64,000 nt of DNA from Eledone cirrhosa. Lineage: Eukaryota. The notes beneath the pieces are model-generated. The model saw only the letters and a list, made by a program, of their open reading frames with translations. It was not told where the DNA came from and did not search any database. Positions 54,701-64,000 of the stretch are shown piece by piece. Numbering within the stretch: the first letter of the stretch is position 1; every line of letters begins with the position of its first letter. The DNA lies in the NCBI GenBank assembly GCA_964016885.1, contig OZ024754.1, forward strand, positions 17,732,001 through 17,796,000, given 5' to 3'. A program made the position numbers and the translations under genes.

Positions 54701-57700
54701 AAACCCAAGGGTAAACAACATCAGGTATTACATGAGGTAAACACAGAGTTAAACGATATCGGGTCTTATAAGAGGTGACCCCAGAGTTAAACAACATCAA
54801 GTCTTATACGATGTATCCACTGTGTTAAACAACATCAGGTCTCATAAAAGATGGCCCCGGAGTTAAACAACATCAAGTCTTATACGATGTATCCACTGTG
54901 TTAAACAACATCAGGTCTCATAAAAGATGGCCCCAGAGTTAAACAACATCATGTCTTATAATCTAATAATAGATGTACTAATAATAGATGTACAAGATGT
55001 AGTAACAGATGTACCAGATGTAATAACAGATGTACTAGATGTAGTAACAGATAAACTAGATGTAGTAACAGATGTACTAGATGTAGTAACAGATGTAATA
55101 GATGTTTTACGTGTATTAACAGAGGTAAAAGATGTAACAGAGTTAAACAACATCAGGTCTTATGAGAGGTAATCCCAGAGTTAAAGAACATCAGGTGTTA
55201 TAAGAGGTAACCCCAGAGTTAAGCAATATCAGGTCTTATAAAAGATAAGAGCCCAGAGCTAAACAACATCAGGGCTTATAAGAGGTAACCCCAGAGTTAA
55301 ACAACATCAGGTCATATAACAGTTATTCCCAGAGTAAGAAAACATCAGGTCTTAAAAGAGGTAACCCCAGAGTTAAATAATATCAGGTCTTATAAGACGT
55401 AACCCCAGAGTTAAATAACATCAGGTCTTATAAGAGGTAACCCCAGAGATAAAGAACATCAGGTCTTATAAGAGGTGACCTCAGAGTTATACAATATCAG
55501 GTCTTATAAGAGGTAACCCCAGAGTTAAACAACATCTGGTCTTATGAGAGGTAAGCCCAGATTTAAACAATATCAGGTCTTATGAGAGGTGACCTCAGAG
55601 ATCTACAAGATCAGCTCTTATAAGATGTAACCCCAGAGTTAAACAACATCAGGTTTATGAGAGGGAACCCCAGAGTTAAACAACATCAGGCCTTATAAGA
55701 AGTAACCCCAGTTTAAACAACATCAGCTCTTATAAGAGGTAACCCTAGCGTTGAACAATATCAGGTCTTATAAGAGGTAACACCAGAGTTAAACATCATC
55801 AGTTCTTATCAGAGGTAACCCCAGAGATAAACAACATCAGGTCTTATAAAGGTAACCCCAGAGTTAAACAACAACGGGTGTTATATGAGGTAACCCCAGA
55901 GTTAAACAATATCATGTATTATGAGAGGTAACCTCACAGGTAAATAACATCAGATCTTATAAGAGATGACCTCAGAGTTATACAATATCAGGTCTTATAA
56001 GAGGTAACCTTAGAGTTAAACAATATCGGGTCTTATAAGAGGTAACTCTAGAGTTAAACAGCATCATGTCTTATAAGAGGTAACCCCAGAGTAAAACAAT
56101 ATCAGGTCTTATAAGATGTAACCCCAGAGTTAAACAACAACAGCTCTTATAAAAGGTAACCTCGGAGTTAAACAACATCACGTCTTATTAGAGGCAACCC
56201 CAGAGTTAAACAACAACAGCTCTTATAAAAGGTAACCTCGGAGTTAAACAACATCACGTCTTATTAGAGGTAACCCCAGAGTTAAACAACAACAGGTCTT
56301 ATAAGAGGTAAGCCCAGAGTTAAACCCTATCATATCTCATAAGAGGTAACCACAGAGTTAAACAAGATCAGGTCTTATATGAGGTAACCCAGAGGTAAAC
56401 AACATCAGGTCTGATAAAAGGTAACACCAGAGTTAAACAGCATGAGGTCTTATAACGGGTAACCCAGAGTTAAAAAACAGCAGGTCTGATAAAAGGTAAC
56501 CCCAGAGTTAAACAACATCAGGACTTATAAGAGGTAACCCCAGAGTTAAACAAGATCAGGACTTATAAGAGGTAACCCCAGAGTTAACCAACATCAGGTC
56601 TTATAAGAGGTAACAACAGAGTTAAAAAACATCAGGTATTATAAGACGTAACCACAGAGTTAAACAATATCTGGTCCTATAAGAGGTAACCCCAGAGTTA
56701 AACAATATCAGGTCCTATTAGATGTAACCACAGAGTTAAACAATATCAGGTCATATAAGAGGTAACCCTAAGATTAAAGCACATCAGGTCTTATAATTGG
56801 TAACCCCAGAGTTAAACAACATCAGCGCTTATAAAAGGTAACACCAGAGTTAAAAAACATCAGGTCTTATAAGAGGTAACGCCAGAGTGAAGCAATATTA
56901 GGTCCGATGAGGTTTAACCCCTGAGTTAAACAACATCAGGTCTTATAAGAGGTAACCCCAGAGTTAAACAACATCAGGTCTAATAAGAAGTAACCCCAGA
57001 GTTAAACAACATCAGGTCTAATAAGAAGTAACCCCAGAGTTAAACAATATCAGGTCTAATAAGAAGTAATCCCAGAATTAAACAATATCAGGTTTTATAA
57101 AAGATTACCCCAGAGTTAAACAATATAAGGTCTTATAAGAGGTAACCCCAGAGTTAAACAACAACAGGTCTTATAGTAGGTAGCCCCAGAGTTAAACAAT
57201 ATCAGATGTTATAAGAGGTAACCACAGAGTTGAACAACATGAGGTTTTTATAAGAGGTAACCCCAGAGTTAAACAACACAATATCTTATAAGAGGTAACC
57301 CCAGAGGTAAACAGCATGAGGTCTTATAACGGGTGACCCAGAGTTAAAAAACAGCATGTCTGATAAAAGGTAACCACAGAGTTAAATAACATCAAGTCTG
57401 ATAATGTGTAACCCCAAGGTTAAACAACATCTGGTCTGATAAGGTGTTGCCGCAGAGTTAACATACATCATGTCTGATAAAAGGTAACCCTCGAGTTAAA
57501 CATCATCAGTCCTTATCAGAGGTAACCCCAAAGTTAAACAACATCAGGACTTATAAGAGGTAACCCCAGAGTTAACCAACATCAGGTCTTATATGAGGTA
57601 ACACCAGAGTTAAACAACATCAGGTCTTATATGAGGTAACCCCAGAGTTAAACAATATTATGTCTGATATGAGGTAACCCCAAAGTTAAACAACATCAGG

Positions 57701-60700
57701 TATTATAAGACGTAACCCCAAGGTTAAACAATATCGGGTCTTATAAGAGGTAACCCCAGAGTTAAACAATATCAGGTCTTATAGAAGTAACCACAGAGTT
57801 AAACAATATCGGGTCATATAAGAGGTAACCCTAAGATTAAAGCACATCAGGTCTTATAAGAGGTAACCCCAGAGTGAAACAACATCAGCGCTTATAAAAG
57901 GTAACCCCAGAGTTAAAAAACATCAGGTCTTATAAGAGGTAACCCCAGAGTGAAGCAATATTAGGTCCGATAAGGTGTAACCCCCGAGTTAAACAACATC
58001 AGGTCTTATAAGAGGTAACAACAGAGTTAAACAACATCAGGTCTAATAAGAAGTAACCCCAGAGTTAAACAATATCAGGTCTAATAAGAGGTAATCCCAG
58101 AGTTAAACAACATCAGGTCTTATAAGATGCAACCCCAGAGTTAAACAATATCAGGTGTTATAAGAGGTAACCCCAGAGTTAAACACTATCAGGTCTTATA
58201 AGGGGTAACACCAGAGTCAAACAAGATCAGGTCTCATAAAAGATGACCCCAGAGTTAAACAACATCAGCTTTTATAAGAGGTAACCCCAGAGTTAAACAA
58301 TATCAGGTCTTATAAAAGATGACCCCAGAGTTAAACAATATAAGGTCTTATAAGAGGTAACCCCAGAGTTAAAAAATATATGTCTAAATAGATGTAGAGT
58401 TAAAAAATTTATGTCTAAATAGATGTAACAAAGAGTTAAACAACATCAGGTCTGATAAAAGATGACCCCAGAGTTAAACAACATCAGGTCTCATAAGCAT
58501 GAGCCCCAGAGTTAAAAATATCAGGTCTTATAGAGGTAACCCCAGAGATAAATAATATCATGTCTTATAAGAGGTAACTCCAGAGTTGATCAACACAAGG
58601 TTTTATAAGAGGTAACCCCAGAGTTAAACAACACAATGTCTTATAAGAGGTAACCACAGAGTTAAACAACATCAGGTCTTATAAGATGTAATACCAAGGT
58701 TAAATAATATCAGGTCTTATGAGAGGTAAGCCAAGATTTAAACAATATCAGGTATTATGAAAGGTAACCACAGAGTTAAACAACATCATCTCTTATCAGT
58801 GGTAACCCCAGAGTTAAAATACATCAGGTCTTATCATAGGTAACCCCAGAGTTAAACAATATATGTCTTATAAGAGGTAACACCAGAATGAAACAATATC
58901 AGGTCTTATAAGATGTAACACCAGAGTTAAACAACATCAGGTCTCATAAACGATAACCCCTCAGTTAAACAACATCAGGTCTTATAAGAGGTAACCTCAG
59001 AGTTAAACAATGTCAGCTCTTATAAGAGGTAACCACAGAGTTAAACAACATCAGGTCTTATAAGTGGTAACCCCAGAGTTAAATAATATCAGGTCTTATA
59101 AGAGGTAACCCTAGTGTTAAACAACGTCAGGTCTAATAAGCAGTAACCCCAGAGTTAAACAACATCAGGTCTTATAAATGGTAACCCCAGACTTAAACAA
59201 TATCAGGTCTTATAAGAGGTAACCCCAGAGTTAAACAATATCAGGTCTAATAAGAGGTAACCCCAAAGTGAAGCAATATTAGGTCCGATAAGGTGTAACC
59301 CCTGAGTTAAACAACATCAGGTCTTATAAGAGGTAACAACAGAGTTAAACAACATCAGGTCTTATAAGAGGTAGCCCAGAGTTAAACAACATCAGGTCTT
59401 ATAACATGTAACCCCAAGGTTAAATACCATCAGTTCGTATAAGTGGCAACCCCAGAGTTAAACAATATCCGGTCTTATATGAGGTAACCCCAGAGTTAAA
59501 CATTATCAGGTCTTATCAGAGGTAACCCCAGAGTTAGACAATATCAGGTCTTATAAAAGGAAACACCAGAGTTAAACAACATCAGTTCTTCTAAGAGGTA
59601 ACCCCAGAGTTAAACAACATTAGGTCTTATAAGTGGTAACCCTAGACTTAAACAATATCAAGTCTTATCAGTGGTAACCCCAGAGTTAAATAATAAAATG
59701 TCATATCAGAGGTAACCCCAGAGTGAGACAATATGAGGTCTTATAAGAAGTAACCCCAGAATTAAACAACATGAGGTCTTATAAGAGGTAACCCCAAAGT
59801 CCAAGTACATGAGGTCTTATAAGAGGTAAACCCAGAGCTAAACAACATCAGATTTTTAAGGGGTAACCCCGGAGTTAAACAGTATCACGTCTTATAAGTG
59901 GTAACCGTCGAGTTATACAACATTAGGTCTTAAAAAATGACTCCAGAATTAAATATATTCAGGTCTCATAAAAAATGAGCCCAGAGTTAAACAATAACAG
60001 GTCTTATAAGTGGTAACCCCAGAGTTAAACAATATCAGGTCTTATAAGAGGTAACCACAGAGTTAAACAACATCAGGTCTTATAAGAGGTAACCCCAGAG
60101 TTAAACAATATCAGGTCTTATAAGTGGTAACCCCAGAGTTAAACAATATCAGGTCTTATAAGAGGTAACCACAGAGTTAAACAACATCAGGTCTTATAAG
60201 AGGTAACAACAGAGTTAAACAACATCAGGTCTTATAAGAGGTAACCCCAGAATGAAACAATATCAGGTCTTATAAGTGGTAACCCCAGAGTTAAACAACA
60301 TCATCTCTAATAAGAGGTAACCCCAGAGTTAAACATTATCAGGTCTTATCATAGGTAGCCCCAGAGTTAAATAATATCAGGTCTTATAAGAGGTAAACCC
60401 AGAATGAAACAATATCAGGTCTTATAAGAGGTAACCCCAGAGTGAAACAATATCAGGTCTTATAAGTGGTAACCCCAGAGTTAAAAAATATCAGGACTTA
60501 TATGAGGTAACCCGAGAGTTAAACAACATAAGGTCTCATAAAAGATGACCTCAGAGTTAAACAACATCAGGTCTTATAAGAGTTACCCCCAAAGTTAAAC
60601 AATATCAGGTCTTATAAGATTTAAACCCAGAGTTAAACAACATCAGGTCTTATCATAGGTAACCCCAGAGTTAAACAATATATGTCTTATAAGAAGTAAC

Positions 60701-62693
60701 CCCAGAAGTAAACAACATCAGGTCTCGGAAAAGATGACTCCAGAGTTAAACAATATCAGGTCTTATAAGATGTAACCCCAGACTTAAACAATATCAAGTC
60801 TTATAAGTGGTAACCCCAGAGTTAAATAATATCAGGTCTTATAAGAGGTAACCCCAGAGTGAAACAATATCAGGTCATATAAGAGGTAACCCCAGAATTA
60901 AACAACATGAGGTCTTATAAGAGGTAACCCCAAAGTTCAAGTACATGAGGTCTTATAAGAGGTAAACCGAGAGCTAAACAACATCCGATCTTATAAGTGG
61001 TAACCCCGGAGTTAAACAATATCAGGTCTTATAAGTGGTAACCGTCGAGTTATACAACATTAGGTCTTAAAAAATGACTCCAGAATTAAATAAATTCAGG
61101 TCTCATAAAAAATGAGCCCAGAGTTAAACAACATCAGGTGTTATCAGAGGTGACCCCAGATTTAAACAACATCAGGTCTTATAACATGTAACCCCAAGGT
61201 TAAATACCATCAGGTCTTATAAGATGTAACCCCAGACTTAAACAATATCAGTTCGTATAAGTGGTAACCCCAGAGTTAAACAATATGCGGTCTTATATGA
61301 GGTAACCCCAGAGTTAAACAACATCAGTTCTTATAAGAGGTAACCCCAGAGTTAAACAACATTAGGTCTTATAAGTGGTAACCCCAGAGTTAAACAATAT
61401 CAGCTCTTATAAGAGGAAACCCCAGAGTTAAACATTTTCAGGTCTTATCATAGTTAACCCCAGAGGTGAAACAATATCAGATCTTATAAGAGGTAACCCC
61501 AGAGTGAACCAACATCAGGTCTTATAAGAGTTAACCCCAGAGTTAAACAACATCAGGGCTTATCATAGGGAACCCAAGAGTTAAACAATATCAGGTCTTA
61601 TAAGGGGTAACGCCAGAGTGAAACAATATCAGGTCTTATAAGAGGTAACCCCAGAGTCAAACAACATCAGCTCTTATAAGAGGTAACCCCAGAATTAAAC
61701 AACATCACGTCTCACAGATAATGACACCAGAGTTAAACAACATCAGGTCTTATAGAGGTAACTCCAGAGTTAAACAATATATGTCTTATAAGAGGTAACC
61801 CCGGAGTGAAAGAATATCAGGTTTCATAAGAGGTAACCCCAGAGCTGAAACAACATCAGGTCTCATAAAAGATGAACCAGAGTTAACAACATCAGGTCTT
61901 ATAAGAGGTACCACCAGAGTTCAAGTACATCAGGTCTTATAAGAGGTAAACCCAGAGTTAAACAACATCAGGTCTTATGAGAGGTAACCCCAGAGTTAAA
62001 CAATATCAGGTCTTATAAGAGGTAACCCCAGAGTTAAACAACATCAGGTCTCATAAAAGATGACCCCAGAATTAAACAAATTCAGGTTTTATAAATAATG
62101 ACCCTAGAGTTAAACAATATCAGGTCTTATAACAGGTAACCCCATATTAAACAATATCAGGTATTATAAGAGGCAACGACAGAGTTAAACAAAATCAGGT
62201 CTTATCATAGGTAACCCCAGAGTAAAACAACATAACGTCTTATAAGATGTGACCCCAGTGTTAAACAACATCAGGTCTCATAAAATATGACCCCAAAGTT
62301 AAACAACATCAGGTCTTATAAGAGGTAAATAACATCAGGTCTCATAAAAGATGACCCCAGAGTTAAACAAATTCAGGTGTCATAAATAATGACACCAGAG
62401 TTAAACAACATCAGGTCTCATAAGCGGTAACCCCAGAGTTAAACAATATCAGGTCTTATAAGATGTAACCCAGAGTTAAACAACATCAGGTCTAATAAAA
62501 GATGACCCCACAGTTAAACAACATCAGGTCTTATAAGAGGTAACCCCAGAGTTAAACAACTTCAGGTCTTATAAGAGGAAACACCAGAGTGAAACAATAT
62601 CACGTCTTATAAGAGGTAACCCCAGAGTTAAACAACATCAGGTCTTATACGATGTAAGCACAGAGTTAAACAACATCAGGTCTTATAAGAGGT
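39745..62693. repeat. 38-bp satellite, consensus GAGGTAACCCCAGAGTTAAACAACATCAGGTCTTATAA, with higher-order repeats and eight embedded 21-bp minisatellite blocks
   Basis: Continuous 38-bp periodicity (roughly 550 monomers). Embedded blocks start near 40219, 41759, 43848, 45388, 47401, 48952, 53405 and 54956. Confidence 0.98.
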
Positions 62694-63092
62694 TATAACG
62701 TTGATTAAGTGCCGCTGGAGATATTATTATATTTATCGATTCAGAAGGCAATGACAAAAACGACATAATCCGTTATAACAAAAATTCCCTTTTATTTTAT
62801 GTATAAATATGGAATCGAAAATAAAAAGAGAAGGTTGAGCAAGTCTTCACATCGTTTTGACTGTGGAGATGTGAAAAGAATGTGGCATATCAAATGTTGG
62901 ACATCTTGATGCTGGTCGTTCAGTGAACTCTCTCTGTGTCTCTCTGCCTGTCAGCCAACTCTGTCTCTGGTCCAAGTAGTCCAGCAACTTGTCTCGATCC
63001 GCTGAGGGTCCTGATTGGCTACTACAGCAAATTCATCTCTGTGATGCTATTCTTCCGCCAAAGGAAAATACATAATAATTCTGTTCACTACA
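62694..63092 (-). mobile_element. Possible 3' LTR of the Gypsy element
   Basis: On the minus strand a purine-rich AAACGGAGGGTAC directly precedes TGTAGTG (63092), downstream of the integrase. The distal end is only tentative (TATAACG at 62694). Confidence 0.4.
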
Positions 63093-63297
63093 GTACCCTC
63101 CGTTTAGATCGAAAATCGATATCAATACATGAGTAGTGCTAAATATGCAATATGTCTACATGACATCAAACAATAAAAAATCATTGGGTACACCGAGAAA
63201 AGATACATGCATGAATACAACCAAGAAAAATGAAACATAACATAATTGAACAAGGAAAAGTTTACATAAGAGTCAAAAGTTTGAACAATATCACAGT

Positions 63298-63880
63298 TCA
63301 TATATAGATTGTTTTACTCAATCTTTGAGGCCAATGTAATCTACGACCACTAGGTGTCGTCGTAACAGATGTTGTTGAAAGTAATGAAGGTGTGTGTGAT
63401 GTTGTGGGTGAGTATGCTTGTGAAGGTTCAACATACAATGTATTGTATGTGGGGGGTGTATGGGGTTCAACTGGTGGAACGTCTGTAAAGGCCTGTTTAA
63501 TCCTATCTACAGAAACTGCGTGTTTCCTACCACAAATGTCTATGGTAAAAAGTTTGTCCGTTTTTGCCAGGACACGGTAGGGTCCAGCATAGGGTGGCAC
63601 AAGTGGTCCTTTCACTGAGTCCAATAAGTAATGTTTTTAGGAACCGAAAATTTAATCGTCTGTTGACGTGTTCCCATAGGCGGAAGATCGTTGAAATATG
63701 ATCGCAAACGGTTAATATATAACGTCGTATCTTCCAGCGATGCGTCGACTGGGACTAACATCTGTCCCGGCAATGATAAAGGTGTTCTGTTCAGCAATTC
63801 CGCTGGGGAATATTCGAGATCCTTCCTGACCGCCGCGCGACCACCAAGAAGAACAATTGATAGATATTCACTCCCTTTTT
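63298..63880 (-). mobile_element. Ty3/Gypsy integrase C-terminal remnant (GPY/F region)
   Basis: LSIVLLGGRAAVRKDLEYSPAELLNRTPLSLPGQ and KGPLVPPYAGPYRVL...VSVDRIKQAF...TTTPSGRRLHWPQRL; frameshifted. Confidence 0.85.
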
Positions 63881-64000
63881 GCTGGTCGGGATTGTAGTGA
63901 CCTACATTCCGCGGGCTCACATACATTCTCTGTGCGTGATTTGGCTCAGCTCAGCCAATCAGCGCCAGTAGAAGAGAATGTATCTCTACGCGCCCCGAGG

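Noticed and set aside
38455-55172. Mucin-like TTSSTSV and DVLDVVT ORFs
   Set aside because: They are translations of a 21-bp minisatellite that lacks stops in several frames on both strands; no splice signals tie them to the gene.
39745-62693. CRISPR array
   Set aside because: Monomers are head-to-tail with no unique spacers, there are no cas genes, and the context is eukaryotic with spliceosomal introns.

Overview
Repeat-rich, AT-rich metazoan DNA. The SINE, RTE and MITE repertoire looks coleoid cephalopod, probably Octopus; this is an inference, not a database match. (1) 1-14.5 kb is a 10-bp satellite (CAGACATACA and variants) with an internal ~4.8-kb duplication. (2) 15-34 kb holds a cluster of RTE-clade LINEs whose reverse transcriptase (RT) carries an inserted C4HC3 PHD finger, plus SINEs and MITEs. 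(3) A minus-strand multi-exon gene for a long coiled-coil protein is threaded through 23.7-39.0 kb. Five upstream exons join with consistent splice phases. They are followed by six intact, exactly 180-nt, phase 1-1 paralogous exons and one truncated copy. (4) 39.7-62.7 kb is a 38-bp satellite with 3.6-kb and 6.0-kb higher-order repeats and captured 21-bp minisatellite blocks; it apparently lies inside an intron of that gene. (5) 62.7-64 kb is a Ty3/Gypsy remnant. The best candidate for an undescribed system is the modular 180-nt exon array: the exons are strongly diverged while one intron pair is about 97% identical. The PHD-containing RTE and the apparent birth of the 38-bp satellite from a retroelement tail come next. 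All coordinates and identities were read or counted by hand.
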